A program made the position numbers and the translations under genes. From positions 19,963 through 83,962 of the forward strand of contig JBLHKO010000002.1 in the NCBI GenBank assembly GCA_047620145.1: a stretch of DNA of 64,000 nt. The letters run 5' to 3'. The notes under the pieces are model-generated. The model saw only the letters and a program-made list of their open reading frames with translations. It did not search any database and was not told where the DNA came from. Source of the DNA: Gammaproteobacteria bacterium. GTDB taxonomy: Bacteria > Pseudomonadota > Gammaproteobacteria > Eutrophobiales > Eutrophobiaceae. Positions 52,951 to 62,848 of this stretch are shown one piece after another. The stretch's first letter is position 1; every line of letters begins with the position of its first letter.

Positions 52951-54753
52951 TTACTCACTCAAGGCAAAACCAATCAAGGCATCCCCGCTAGGAGTTTGTA
53001 ATAATGCGTTACCACCTGCGGCGACAGCAACAAATTGTTGTCCCCCAACTTGATAGCTCATGGGTGGTGCGTTTACACCTGCCCCACAATTAAACTCCCA
53101 AAGCCGTTGCCCATTGCTGCTATCGAAGGCAGCAAACATCCCGCTTGCTTCTCCCATGAATACCAGGTTGCCTGATGTAGCCAGCACGCCACCAATCAAT
53201 GGTTGATCTGTTTTGATTTGCCACTTTATCTTACCTTTGTTACGCGTATCCAATGCTGTGAGTGTTCCCCAGCTAGATTCTGTCTTAGAAATGTCGGTTA
53301 AAATATAAGGCACTTCCTTCCCTTCGAAGGTACCGTGTTCTGTGCGATAGAGTGTGGGCTTATGAATTCCTGCAATAAATATAGTCCCGCTTGATGCATC
53401 GTATGAAGTCGGTGACCATGAAGCTCCGCCCCATGATCCTGGGTAGATAATTACACCTTCATCACTGGGGGCATGAAACATATTGCTTTGGGGAACAAAC
53501 GCTTCTGAGCGATAAATGAGCTCCCCAGTTTTGCGATCGTGCACATAAAACCAGCCAGTTTTCGCGGCTATACCAATGGCAGGAGTAACTTGCTCTCCTT
53601 CATGCAAATCAAATAACACAGAATTGCTTGCAACATCATAACCCCATAAATCGTGAGGCACTTGTTGATAATGCCAACGGGTTTCGCCAGTGTATGCGTC
53701 AATTGCGACCAACGAATTAGCGTAAAGGTTATCGCCAGGCCTAGCACTTGAAACATCGTTTGGTGAAGCATTGCCTGTGCCTACATAAATCAATCCAAGC
53801 TTCGGATCAAATGAAGGAGTGCTCCATGTAGAACTACCACCGATACGCCAGCGATCTTTTAGTTCAGTGGATAATTCCTTTTCACGTACAATATCCCGAG
53901 GCAAGACTTCACCTTGTGGTGTTTTAGAGGCAAACTCACCTTCCCAATCACCACTTTTGGTGGTGAACCAACGCCAAACTTCTTCGCCCGTATTTACATT
54001 AAAGGCAGCAATGTAGCCGCGCAGTCCGATAAAACGATCTGCTGCTGGTATTTTGTCGGGGGAAACGCCTTTTAGTGCAAATTGCGAGAATATATTATAA
54101 AACATACCGTAACCGGCTGCTGTTACTCCAACGACGACCAGGTCGCGATAAACTATCGGCGCCATTTTAGCAGGCAAAGTATCACTATTTTCTATTAAAA
54201 AGTCTTTTTGTGTTTGCGTAAGCCCTTCAAGCTCGGCGACAGTGGGGCGCGCGATAATTGTGTCCCAGACGATATCGCCGGTTGTTTGATCAAGCGCAAT
54301 CAGACGTCCGTCATTCGTAGCTTCAAATACCTTACCGTGACCTAGTGCTGCACCACGATTGGCAGGACCGCCTTTGTTATTTTCTTTTCGATTTTTATGT
54401 TCGTAGCGCCAAAGAACCGTCCCCTTTGCGGCATCTAAAGCTACAACATCGTTACCCGGAATGGTGGCATACATGACGCCATCTGCAACTAGTGGTTGTG
54501 TCTGAAAAGATCCAATTTTACCAGATTGAAATATCCATTTTGGAACTAGTCGTTTAACGTTATCACGGTTAACTTGTGTGAGTGGTGAAAAATTTTGATT
54601 GCTATAGTCATGACCAAAGGAGAGCCAGTTACTTGAATCATGTGAAGCGGCAAGTAGCCGGTTTGCATCGACGACCGAATTGCTGTTTTCGGCAGCGGTT
54701 GAAAGTGCTATTAGCGACAAGAGAGTCGTTACAATGAGTTTATGTTTTGGCAT
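52951..54753 (-). CDS. PQQ-dependent dehydrogenase (quinoprotein alcohol/methanol dehydrogenase-like 8-bladed propeller) with a signal peptide
   Basis: A 600-aa ORF with repeated W-containing propeller motifs and an ...NCGAGVNAPPMSYQVGGQQFVAVAAGG C-terminal region typical of PQQ-ADH. The vicinal Cys-Cys typical of type I MDH/ADH is not evident. Confidence 0.7.
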   Translation of the reverse strand: MPKHKLIVTTLLSLIALSTAAENSNSVVDANRLLAASHDSSNWLSFGHDYSNQNFSPLTQVNRDNVKRLVPKWIFQSGKIGSFQTQPLVADGVMYATIPGNDVVALDAAKGTVLWRYEHKNRKENNKGGPANRGAALGHGKVFEATNDGRLIALDQTTGDIVWDTIIARPTVAELEGLTQTQKDFLIENSDTLPAKMAPIVYRDLVVVGVTAAGYGMFYNIFSQFALKGVSPDKIPAADRFIGLRGYIAAFNVNTGEEVWRWFTTKSGDWEGEFASKTPQGEVLPRDIVREKELSTELKDRWRIGGSSTWSTPSFDPKLGLIYVGTGNASPNDVSSARPGDNLYANSLVAIDAYTGETRWHYQQVPHDLWGYDVASNSVLFDLHEGEQVTPAIGIAAKTGWFYVHDRKTGELIYRSEAFVPQSNMFHAPSDEGVIIYPGSWGGASWSPTSYDASSGTIFIAGIHKPTLYRTEHGTFEGKEVPYILTDISKTESSWGTLTALDTRNKGKIKWQIKTDQPLIGGVLATSGNLVFMGEASGMFAAFDSSNGQRLWEFNCGAGVNAPPMSYQVGGQQFVAVAAGGNALLQTPSGDALIGFALSE

Positions 54754-54937
54754 TTGCTATCTTTACTCCGTCCACTGCTTCTATGATTTGATTGCTACCT
54801 GATGCCCAGCTATAGGTGTCAAAAATGTGATTGCTACTTAAAGTATTGTTTGAATTTATATAAAAAGCAGGAGAAACACAACAGATCAATAAAGATAATC
54901 CACAAAGAAAGGTCGCTAGAAGACAAGGGTTTTTCAT
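54740..54937 (-). CDS. Small putative secreted protein (65 aa) wedged between the AstE-like gene and the PQQ dehydrogenase
   Basis: It has a signal-like N terminus (MKNPCLLATFLCGLSLLICCVSPA). It begins 5 bp after the AstE-like stop and overlaps the PQQ-DH start by 14 nt. It could be spurious. Confidence 0.25.
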   Translation of the reverse strand: MKNPCLLATFLCGLSLLICCVSPAFYINSNNTLSSNHIFDTYSWASGSNQIIEAVDGVKIANAKT

Positions 54938-54942
54938 ATAAT

Positions 54943-56256
54943 TTAATGAAGCTCTTCTTCTTGTTCAGCGCTGTATTCGTTATCTGTACTAATTGTGTCT
55001 TTATCAGAATAATCAAGCAACTCGTCAACATGATTTATTTCTTCGGCATTAATGATTGCTGAATCCTCTGTTTCTATGGCTATATGGAATGCGGCATAAC
55101 CTGGAAGCATAAATTGATTTAGTGCCATTCCCAATATACGGCCTTTGACAGGTGCCCTTATCTCTATTTGTTTGTTGGTTAATGGATTTATGATATGTCC
55201 AAGTAAACTATTTTCTTGTACAAATGAACCAATTTTTTGATTTGAGATCATGATTCCACCACTATTTACTCTTATCCAGCGTGATTGGTAGTAAATAGGT
55301 CGGGTTCCAGACTGCAAATGTAAAGTCTTTAAGACACCAATATTTGCCATCATGGCATTAATTGTTTTTACGCCAGACTCAACCAATTCATTTTGTAAGG
55401 AGCCTGGCTGTCCGAGCTCAAATGTTACAGAGGGTATTCCCGCATTAGATGCTGCCGTTCGTAAAATACCTGCACTTCCTTGTTTATGTAGAACAGTTGT
55501 TGAGTCAAAATAGTTAATGAAATCTCTAACTTGTGGATTACGCATATCCGCACGTATCTGAGGCAGGTTATCGCGTTTTAAGGAGCCAGTATGGAAATCA
55601 ACAAGGTAATCGCAATGGGTTATAATTTGATTAAAGAATTTATAGGCTATGCGCGATGCTGAGCTGCCATCAGGTCTGCCGGGGAAATAGCGATTGAGGT
55701 CTCGTCTGTCTGGCAGGTAACGTGAACCGTGAGTGAAGCCGAATATGTTAACAATCGGCACGCCTATGACGGTTCCAGAAATTTTTGATGGTTCAAGAGA
55801 ACGGAGAACGCGCCTTACAATCTCGATTCCATTTATTTCATCACCATGTATTGCTGCAACGAGACAAACAACCGATCCCGTATTCTGGCCCCGAGCAATT
55901 AACACAGGCGGGCTGACAATGCGACCTGAAAAAGATTGACCCGCCGACCAATTAAGCTCTGATAATGTTCCGGGCTGAACATTTTTATCTAAAATTATTA
56001 AAGGGCCTTGTGAGCCGACATCCTGTGGAAAATAAAGCGTTTTATCTTTACTGTCAGAGTGGTTTATTTTGAGAGCAGGTGAATCATTAATAAGATCGAG
56101 GGCAATCTCTGATGTGGTGATTCCTTTTTTATGGCTATCTTGTTCAGCATATGTATTGAAACTTGCTAGATAAATACTGAAAAAAAGCAGAGCTAAGAAA
56201 GAATATTTGAACAAGTATAATTCACTAATATTCATTTTTAGCAATAGATTTTGCAA
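54943..56256 (-). CDS. Succinylglutamate desuccinylase/aspartoacylase (AstE/AspA, M14-like) family protein with a signal peptide and an acidic C-terminal tail
   Basis: GDEINGIEIVRRVL and HTGS match the AstE/AspA zinc-site pattern. The C terminus reads ...NEYSAEQEEELH. It overlaps the upstream RimK-like gene. Confidence 0.7.
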   Translation of the reverse strand: MQNLLLKMNISELYLFKYSFLALLFFSIYLASFNTYAEQDSHKKGITTSEIALDLINDSPALKINHSDSKDKTLYFPQDVGSQGPLIILDKNVQPGTLSELNWSAGQSFSGRIVSPPVLIARGQNTGSVVCLVAAIHGDEINGIEIVRRVLRSLEPSKISGTVIGVPIVNIFGFTHGSRYLPDRRDLNRYFPGRPDGSSASRIAYKFFNQIITHCDYLVDFHTGSLKRDNLPQIRADMRNPQVRDFINYFDSTTVLHKQGSAGILRTAASNAGIPSVTFELGQPGSLQNELVESGVKTINAMMANIGVLKTLHLQSGTRPIYYQSRWIRVNSGGIMISNQKIGSFVQENSLLGHIINPLTNKQIEIRAPVKGRILGMALNQFMLPGYAAFHIAIETEDSAIINAEEINHVDELLDYSDKDTISTDNEYSAEQEEELH

Positions 56257-57172
56257 TCAAGATACGCTCTTTGGCATTCACGGGGAGAGTCTCTAATGCA
56301 TCAATTGCGTCGAAACGATGTTGCAGTCCTTCACCGTTAGCAATTTGGATAGATAATCCTGGTCGTGCATTTAACTCCAACACCAGGGGTCCCAGTTCAG
56401 CGTCCAAAACTATATCTACACCAAGAAAACCCAGTGGAGCAAACTCATAACAACGCGCGGCCAATAGCAGCAGCTCTTCCCATCTAGGGATTACCAAATT
56501 ATTTAATGGTGTGCCAAAGTCAGGGTGTTCAGTAATGCGACGATCTTTGCAGACAGCTAAAGTAGTAATCCCCGAATCCAATTGTACGCCAACTCCGATT
56601 GCTCCTTGATGGAGGTTGGCCTTGCCATCAGATTGCTGTGTCGGCAATCGCAGCATAGCCATTGCGGGTATGCCCTTATAAACCAGGATTCGTATATCGG
56701 GCACACCCTGGTAACTCATAGCGTTAAATACAGGATCAAATTTGACACGGTATTCTATGATGGCTTGATCGACCTGACCGCCAAGGCTATAAACACCGCC
56801 CAGAATATTAGCAATATGATGGCCTAAAAATTCTTTATCTATAGTAGCACCACTGGCTTTAGTGAATATATCTTTGCGCCGATTTTGAATCACAAGGATG
56901 CCTTTGCCACCACTCCCATGGGCGGGTTTGACAACAAAGTCTTGTTTGTCATAAATTATTTTCTCGAAGGAATTTGCATCGTGCACAGTTGATATCACAC
57001 CATAAAGCTTAGGGACAGCAATGTTAGCGCGTTCAGCTAATTGTTTAGTTCGAACTTTGTCATCAACGAGCTTGTACATGGCTCGCGGATTATTTGGCAT
57101 GACGTAGTTGTGGTTACGGGCATTTATCCCGACAACGCCGGCTTTACGAAGATTTCGGATCCGATTCAACAT
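56225..57172 (-). CDS. RimK-like ATP-grasp ligase (alpha-L-glutamate ligase-related protein)
   Basis: It has an ATP-grasp fold with KPAHGSGGKGILV and LGVDIVLDAELGPLVLELNARPGLSIQIANG. The 315-aa size is typical of the RimK-related 'E-ligase' family. Confidence 0.8.
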   Translation of the reverse strand: MLNRIRNLRKAGVVGINARNHNYVMPNNPRAMYKLVDDKVRTKQLAERANIAVPKLYGVISTVHDANSFEKIIYDKQDFVVKPAHGSGGKGILVIQNRRKDIFTKASGATIDKEFLGHHIANILGGVYSLGGQVDQAIIEYRVKFDPVFNAMSYQGVPDIRILVYKGIPAMAMLRLPTQQSDGKANLHQGAIGVGVQLDSGITTLAVCKDRRITEHPDFGTPLNNLVIPRWEELLLLAARCYEFAPLGFLGVDIVLDAELGPLVLELNARPGLSIQIANGEGLQHRFDAIDALETLPVNAKERILIAKSIAKNEY

Positions 57173-58727
57173 CTTTAATTGTTTCTTCCGATAAATCTTT
57201 AAAACGGATTAGTTCGTTCAGGCGATAGCCTGTATATCTACCAGTTGCAATAAATATTGCAAGTAACACCAGAAGGAGTTCTGGAAAGGTAAATATAATA
57301 TGTTCAAGATAGTTATTACTCATCACAAAATAGCCGATCACGGCGGTAAATAAACTTCCCATGCTTTCTTTAAACGCATCAAATGGACCTGCTTCTTCCC
57401 AGGTTATCGACATACGTTCAATCACCATTGTTATGATAACCAGAGGGAACAGTGCAATCGAAAAACCGCGGTCAAGATTTAGCTCATTGCTTAATAGACT
57501 GATTGATAGCATTAAGATGATAACCATAACGAGTACAGCGCTTAGTCTTGGCACCAGCAACAGGTTCAAACGTTCAAGATAGAAACGAAAAGTCAGGCCG
57601 CTACTAACTATCAGGCAGAACAGTAAAATACCCCATAATAATTCTGTTTCTCTAAAGGCCAGCGCGATAAGTATTGGCATGAACGTACCAAAGGTGGGGA
57701 CACCGACTATCGTGCGCATAAAAACAACCACTAAAACACCCAAGGGGATCATCAATAATATTTTGTAAACATTTTGTGTGCTGATAGGAAGTTTATTTAG
57801 AGACAAGGCGCGGAGTAATGATTGTTTTGTTTCGGCGCGTTCTTGTGAAATTTCTGTATCAGAATAGGGGCGCTGTGATACTGAAAAGCGAAGATGTTCG
57901 TTTGTGCCTCCTTGTATGCTCAACACGGGATCATTACCAATACTCCAGCGTAGAAAATTCCCCGGGTAACCTGTACTACCAAAAATCGGATCAAATCCTT
58001 CCCAGGTTTGTCCATTGTGTACTTCGAGCCAATAAATCAGTTTTGCATCGTTAAAGTCTTCCCCAAGGCTTAAGCCTCTTACAAGACGCGAAGAAATCCT
58101 CGCACCTTCTAGAATATAGATAATGCGTTTTACCCACTCCTCACTTCCCGGGGAGTTGCCTTTTTGTATGACAAGTACATTTTTACTGGGCGAAGGGCTA
58201 TTAAGGTGAACCAGCAATTGACTAACAAAAGTAAAAACATCGGCTGATTCACTGCGAACTTTTTCTAGCGTATCTTCAATGGCAGAAGCAAGCGGTTCTT
58301 CATAATCCGGTTTCTCAGGCACAGGAGGTAATTTAGACTTCTGAGTTGTTTCCCCCTGCGCAAGCTCTTCAGGTACCACTTCGATACGGTAATAAAGATG
58401 CTGTCTATCATTCGCTTTGCGTATAGACCATTCTGCCATGCGATCAGTTTGCGTGTTGGTGACATTTAATCCGTAATTTCGTGAGACAAAAAATTCTTCT
58501 AATTTTAGAAACGCGCCCAACTTATCTGGGATATCGAGATTAACTTTGGCGGAACGACCAGAGCCATCGAATTCAACTCGTGCTTCAACAGCCCAGATGG
58601 TCGATACTTGATTCGGGAGAAGTGGCAATCCCAAGGACTTCACCTTGGCATACATTATTCCCAGGCCCAATATGGTGAGTAGGAGAATCAGGAGTTTAAC
58701 GTTTAGGTTACGCATCAAAGTAAACAT
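57144..58727 (-). CDS. Inactive transglutaminase-like domain fused to a 7-TM module
   Basis: A 527-aa ORF. It has an N-terminal anchor, a ~300-aa extracytoplasmic domain, and seven C-terminal hydrophobic helices. It overlaps the RimK-like gene by 29 nt. Confidence 0.65.
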   Translation of the reverse strand: MFTLMRNLNVKLLILLLTILGLGIMYAKVKSLGLPLLPNQVSTIWAVEARVEFDGSGRSAKVNLDIPDKLGAFLKLEEFFVSRNYGLNVTNTQTDRMAEWSIRKANDRQHLYYRIEVVPEELAQGETTQKSKLPPVPEKPDYEEPLASAIEDTLEKVRSESADVFTFVSQLLVHLNSPSPSKNVLVIQKGNSPGSEEWVKRIIYILEGARISSRLVRGLSLGEDFNDAKLIYWLEVHNGQTWEGFDPIFGSTGYPGNFLRWSIGNDPVLSIQGGTNEHLRFSVSQRPYSDTEISQERAETKQSLLRALSLNKLPISTQNVYKILLMIPLGVLVVVFMRTIVGVPTFGTFMPILIALAFRETELLWGILLFCLIVSSGLTFRFYLERLNLLLVPRLSAVLVMVIILMLSISLLSNELNLDRGFSIALFPLVIITMVIERMSITWEEAGPFDAFKESMGSLFTAVIGYFVMSNNYLEHIIFTFPELLLVLLAIFIATGRYTGYRLNELIRFKDLSEETIKDVESDPKSS

Positions 58728-58760
58728 GAGTTATGGAAAAGTGCATATAAAATGATAGGT

Positions 58761-59282
58761 TCAATTATTAAGTAAGCACAATCTGTTTGCTAGAAAGATT
58801 TTATCTGCATCCACAAGGAAATTACCTTTCAATGTCATACGACCCAGGAGAAGCGGATAATTAAAACTTGACCTGTCTGACAAGGTGACGGGCGTGAGAT
58901 AGTTTTCGCCACCTAAGCAGAACTCGATCTCAACAACATATCGGCTAACGCTCTCTCCTATGTGTTCTTTAATTTTGGTTTCGCGGATGATGGGCTTCTC
59001 AACTTCAATAGCCTTGACTGATCCATTTTTTTTGTAAATCAAATCAGGTAATGTAAATCTTACCCAGTCTTCATCGTTAATTTTAAATGGTTCGATGTTG
59101 ATTGCATGTATAGAGCTGGTACGAGCCCCTGTATCTAGTTTAGCCTTAACCCTAACGGATCCAGGTTGAAGATAGGCCCATTCTAGCCACCCAAGGACGT
59201 CTAGCCTCGCCAGAGCGGGGCTACTTAAAAGCATTGAAAGCAAGATAAAAATAAATTTATCTCGTTTTTTAATTACACGCAT
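58761..59282 (-). CDS. Retropepsin-like aspartic peptidase (DUF785, the so-called putative ATP-dependent zinc protease family), secreted
   Basis: A 173-aa ORF with a signal peptide and a KLDTGARTSS (D-T-G-A) aspartic protease motif. It is the first gene of the operon. Confidence 0.65.
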   Translation of the reverse strand: MRVIKKRDKFIFILLSMLLSSPALARLDVLGWLEWAYLQPGSVRVKAKLDTGARTSSIHAINIEPFKINDEDWVRFTLPDLIYKKNGSVKAIEVEKPIIRETKIKEHIGESVSRYVVEIEFCLGGENYLTPVTLSDRSSFNYPLLLGRMTLKGNFLVDADKIFLANRLCLLNN

Positions 59283-59471
59283 TCTTTATTAAGGCTCTCT
59301 TTTTAAAAAAGGAGGCGAGTATATAGAGTCTAAATTAAAGATGTACTAATCATTTTAATACGTGAGTAACCAGACGGCGGAGATTGGATTAAATATCAGC
59401 ACAAACTGCCGGGGGCCACTCGGCCCTAGCTTCCTGCTTCACTTTACCACTTACATTCATGATGTCTTGTA

Positions 59472-59505
59472 CATAAAAAAGGCCGCATTTGCATGCAGCC
59501 TTTCG
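59472..59505 (-). terminator. Rho-independent terminator downstream of hppA
   Basis: On the minus strand the sequence reads aaggctgcatgcaaatgcggccttttttat. It is GC-stem plus U-run. Confidence 0.55.
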
Positions 59506-59526
59506 TTATTTACGAAGTAGTAAAGA

Positions 59527-61542
59527 TTAAGTCAGTAACGGCGCAATCACCAAGCTGACAATGGCCATGACATTAATCAGGATGTTCATGGCAGGGCCTG
59601 AAGTATCTTTCATTGGGTCACCGACGGTATCACCTACAACGGCTGCTGTGTGAACGTCAGAACCTTTGCCGCCCAAGTTTCCTTTCTCAATGTACTTCTT
59701 GGCATTATCCCAGGCACCACCCGCGTTAGCCATGAACAGAGCCATCATGACGCAGCAGATTAAAGCGCCGCCTAACATTCCCCCCAGTGCTTTCGGACCT
59801 AAGCCAAAGCCGACCACGACAGGGGCTAATACGGCAAGGGCGCCGGGCATGATCATTTTTCTTAGCGCAGCACGAGTGGCAATATCAATACAACGCGCGG
59901 TATCTGGTTTGCCAGTACCTTCAAGTAAACCAGGGATCTCTTTAAACTGCCGGCGGATTTCCTTGATCATTTCAAAGGCTGCATCACCCACGGCAGTCAT
60001 GGTCATGGCGCTCACCAGGAATGGGAAAATGCCACCAAGGAACATGCCGCAGAGCACGATTGGATCATTCAGCCTGAGTATAAATTCAGGATCGTTCAGC
60101 GTGATCTTTTCGATAAAGGCGCTGATTAATGCCAGCGCGGCAAGAGCCGCAGCACCAATCGCAAAGCCTTTACCAATGGCGGCTGTTGTATTGCCGACTT
60201 CATCCAGTGAATCAGTGATTTCACGTGTTTCCTTACCCATATTTGCCATCTCGGCGATGCCGCCTGCGTTATCTGCAACAGGACCATAGGCATCAATCGC
60301 CATGGTGATGCCGACGGTCGCAAGCATGCCGACAGCAGCAATACCGACGCCATAGAGACCCGCAAAGTGGCTGGAGGTGAAGATAATGGCGCAGATAGTA
60401 ATAACAGGAATGGCAACAGATTGCATACCAGTAGCAAGCCCTGAAATGATGACTGTCGCCGGGCCGGTTTCGCCATCTTTGGCAATCTTACGCACCGGTG
60501 CACCACCTGTGTAATATTCAGTAACCAATCCAATCACAATGCCACCAACGGCGCCAGAGAGTACTGCAACCCAAATGTCACTAGAGCCACCCATCTGTGC
60601 GATCAGGAAATAGGCTGCCGCGATGAAGATAAGTGATGAACCCATGGTGCCTATACGCAAGGCAACTTCGGGACTTTTTGCAGAAAAGATTTTGACAGAA
60701 TAGATGCCTATCATTGAACAAATCAGGCCAGCTGAGGCCAAGGCCAAAGGCATGAATGTCAGCGTTTCTTGGCCTGTTGTAGAAAGTGTTGCCACAACGT
60801 CCGTGCTCATCGTTGCAGCGAGTGCAATAGTTGCAATCATCGCGCCACAATAAGATTCAAAGATATCTGATCCCATGCCTGCAACATCGCCAACGTTATC
60901 GCCGACATTATCTGCAATTACACCTGGATTGCGTGGGTCGTCTTCAGGGATGCCAGCTTCAAGTTTACCTACCAGATCAGCACCGACGTCAGCGCTCTTG
61001 GTGAAGATGCCGCCGCCTACACGAGAGAATAAAGCAACAGAGGATGCGCCCATGGCGAAGCCTTCTATTGCGTGAATAGTATGTGGATCACTTGCAAAGA
61101 AATAATACAGAATGCCAACACCAAACAAGCCCATGGCTGCAACTGTAAGTCCCATGATTGAGCCTCCAAAGAAGGCGACTTGTAGGGCTGCAGCTGCGCC
61201 TTTATTATTGGCGGCAACTGCTGTTCTTACGTTTGCGTGGGTTGCGGTATACATACCAAAATAACCTGCGGAACCTGAACAGAGGGCACCGAGCAGAAAG
61301 GCCATTGCAGTGTTCATGCCCAAATCAGAACTGGCAATGGCTACAATACAAATGACGCAAAAGATAGCTAGGCGTGAATACTCACTCTTCATGAAGACCA
61401 TGGCACCGAGATGAATTTCATTTCCAATCTCAACGACCTTGCCTTCACCGGCGGGCTCTGCCTTGACCTTCAAAAAGACCAGTACAGCACAAATAAGACC
61501 AAAAATGCCTAACCAAATAGGCAGAGTGGTTATAGACGACAT
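59527..61542 (-). CDS. hppA: Membrane-bound proton/sodium-translocating pyrophosphatase
   Basis: A 671-aa ORF with ~16 TM helices and the V-PPase motifs [17 protein letters not shown] and DNVGDNVGD. Confidence 0.95.
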   Translation of the reverse strand: MSSITTLPIWLGIFGLICAVLVFLKVKAEPAGEGKVVEIGNEIHLGAMVFMKSEYSRLAIFCVICIVAIASSDLGMNTAMAFLLGALCSGSAGYFGMYTATHANVRTAVAANNKGAAAALQVAFFGGSIMGLTVAAMGLFGVGILYYFFASDPHTIHAIEGFAMGASSVALFSRVGGGIFTKSADVGADLVGKLEAGIPEDDPRNPGVIADNVGDNVGDVAGMGSDIFESYCGAMIATIALAATMSTDVVATLSTTGQETLTFMPLALASAGLICSMIGIYSVKIFSAKSPEVALRIGTMGSSLIFIAAAYFLIAQMGGSSDIWVAVLSGAVGGIVIGLVTEYYTGGAPVRKIAKDGETGPATVIISGLATGMQSVAIPVITICAIIFTSSHFAGLYGVGIAAVGMLATVGITMAIDAYGPVADNAGGIAEMANMGKETREITDSLDEVGNTTAAIGKGFAIGAAALAALALISAFIEKITLNDPEFILRLNDPIVLCGMFLGGIFPFLVSAMTMTAVGDAAFEMIKEIRRQFKEIPGLLEGTGKPDTARCIDIATRAALRKMIMPGALAVLAPVVVGFGLGPKALGGMLGGALICCVMMALFMANAGGAWDNAKKYIEKGNLGGKGSDVHTAAVVGDTVGDPMKDTSGPAMNILINVMAIVSLVIAPLLT

Positions 61543-61756
61543 AGAAAACCCCTTATTTTAAAATTGATTCATGATTTCGTTAAATTATGGTTCTGGCGCC
61601 TATCTATAGCACCAGGAGGTGCCCCTGCACCAAAGCTGGGAAGTTATACCTGTATCGGCCTGTGCTGTAAAGTCAGCAGCTAATTAAGCTGCTAAAATGC
61701 CAGAATCTGCAACAGTTTCACCGAAATATCGTGATCATTGTATGGAGCGTTGATGT

Positions 61757-62221
61757 ATGAATGCCACACTTATCAGCCTATTGTTTATTATAGCCGCCGC
61801 ACAACCCCACGCCGTTAGCATAGAAGAATTCCTCGAAAAGGAATGCAATAAAGGTGTGGAAAAAGATTGCGAAGAATTGGCTGACTTAAAATTGCAGCTG
61901 GTTAAACAGGAGCGTTTGCAGACCAGAGCAGTTTTATATGGTCAACGCATCAATGGTAATGGGCCCATGGTCGACGAAAAGACGCCGAATCTAGAAGACG
62001 CATATCCTGTTGTTATGCAAGATCACCTTGATAGTGAGACCGCCGCTGGAGAAACATTAAGCCTGGATCAAGTTCGATTACCGAGCTGTGCTAATCACTA
62101 TCATAATCATTGGGTAAACAAGAAGCTTTGGTGGCCGACCGATGATGAACATAAGCCCGACTGGGCATCAATCTATGTTTTCATTGTTGATCATTATTAT
62201 GGGTTTTGCCTTAAGTCTTAG
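61757..62221 (+). CDS. Secreted hypothetical protein
   Basis: A 154-aa ORF with the signal peptide MNATLISLLFIIAAAQPHA and cysteine pairs. I recognise no family. Confidence 0.4.
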   Translation: MNATLISLLFIIAAAQPHAVSIEEFLEKECNKGVEKDCEELADLKLQLVKQERLQTRAVLYGQRINGNGPMVDEKTPNLEDAYPVVMQDHLDSETAAGETLSLDQVRLPSCANHYHNHWVNKKLWWPTDDEHKPDWASIYVFIVDHYYGFCLKS

Positions 62222-62228
62222 GTTGTCA

Positions 62229-62258
62229 ATCGTCATTCCCGCGCAGGCAGGAATCCAG
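62229..62258. repeat. 'cgtcat'+palindrome hairpin unit (cgtcattcccgcgcaggcaggaatcc)
   Basis: It has the same architecture as the units at 1490, 1509 and 63084. The stem is attcc/ggaat. Confidence 0.5.
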
Positions 62259-62261
62259 TGA

Positions 62262-62579
62262 TTAAGGCTCAAGTCGATCTTTGTTTAATAATTTGTGACC
62301 TTCAAAAACCGTGACGATAAGAACGGTTTCATTCTGAACCAGATAAACGATGCGGTAATCCCCTAAAAATACTTCGCGAATATTATTATTTTCAAATTCA
62401 GGAACGATACGTCCGGACATTGGTGCATCGATAATTTTTCTTGCTCTTGTCCGTAATTGTTTAATCCATTTTTTGGCATTGACTAGATTATCTTCGGCAA
62501 TAAATTTACCGATTGAAATTAGATCGTCCTGAGCTCGTTTCGTCCATGCTAATTTCGTTTTTGCTAAGTGATCACAAAT
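62262..62579 (-). CDS. ParE/RelE-family toxin of a type II TA pair. It has no canonical start codon and is absent from the ORF track
   Basis: Hand translation of the minus strand gives ...LAKTKLAWTKRAQDDLISIGKFIAEDNLVNAKKWIKQLRTRARKIIDAPMSGRIVPEFENNNIREVFLGDYRIVYLVQNETVLIVTVFEGHKLLNKDRLEP*. The frame opens just after a TAG and overlaps the antitoxin stop. The only in-frame candidate start upstream of LAW is an ATT. Confidence 0.55.
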   Translation of the reverse strand: MCDHLAKTKLAWTKRAQDDLISIGKFIAEDNLVNAKKWIKQLRTRARKIIDAPMSGRIVPEFENNNIREVFLGDYRIVYLVQNETVLIVTVFEGHKLLNKDRLEP

Positions 62580-62848
62580 TCCTCCCTAAGCGTAGCTGAT
62601 AATTCCTCGTCAGAAATAATGTTTCCTGCTTTGGCATCTTGCAGACCCTCTTTTACAGCAGCAAAAAATTGTTCCTGTCTAGATAATCGATCAAATTCTT
62701 CAGGTGTCAGCAGGACGGCGGCAGGCTTACCATTTTGAGTAATAATCACAGGGCGATTTTTTTCATGCAGATTGCGTAAAACTTTGGAGGCATGAGTCTT
62801 GAACTGTCCGAGGGGGAAAATATCTTCAGATATAAGAATGGATTTCAT
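62564..62848 (-). CDS. Phd/YefM-family antitoxin
   Basis: A 94-aa ORF with the Phd/YefM pattern MKSI.ISE......K.H.SKVLR.L....RPVIITQNGKP.AVLL..EEFD.L. Confidence 0.75.
   Translation of the reverse strand: MKSILISEDIFPLGQFKTHASKVLRNLHEKNRPVIITQNGKPAAVLLTPEEFDRLSRQEQFFAAVKEGLQDAKAGNIISDEELSATLREEFVIT

Noticed and set aside
59666-60289. 207-aa ORF antisense to hppA, plus several 60-135-aa ORFs inside hppA
   Set aside because: They are embedded in the well-supported 671-aa pyrophosphatase gene. Their composition (Ala/Pro/Ser-rich) is typical of antisense artefacts.
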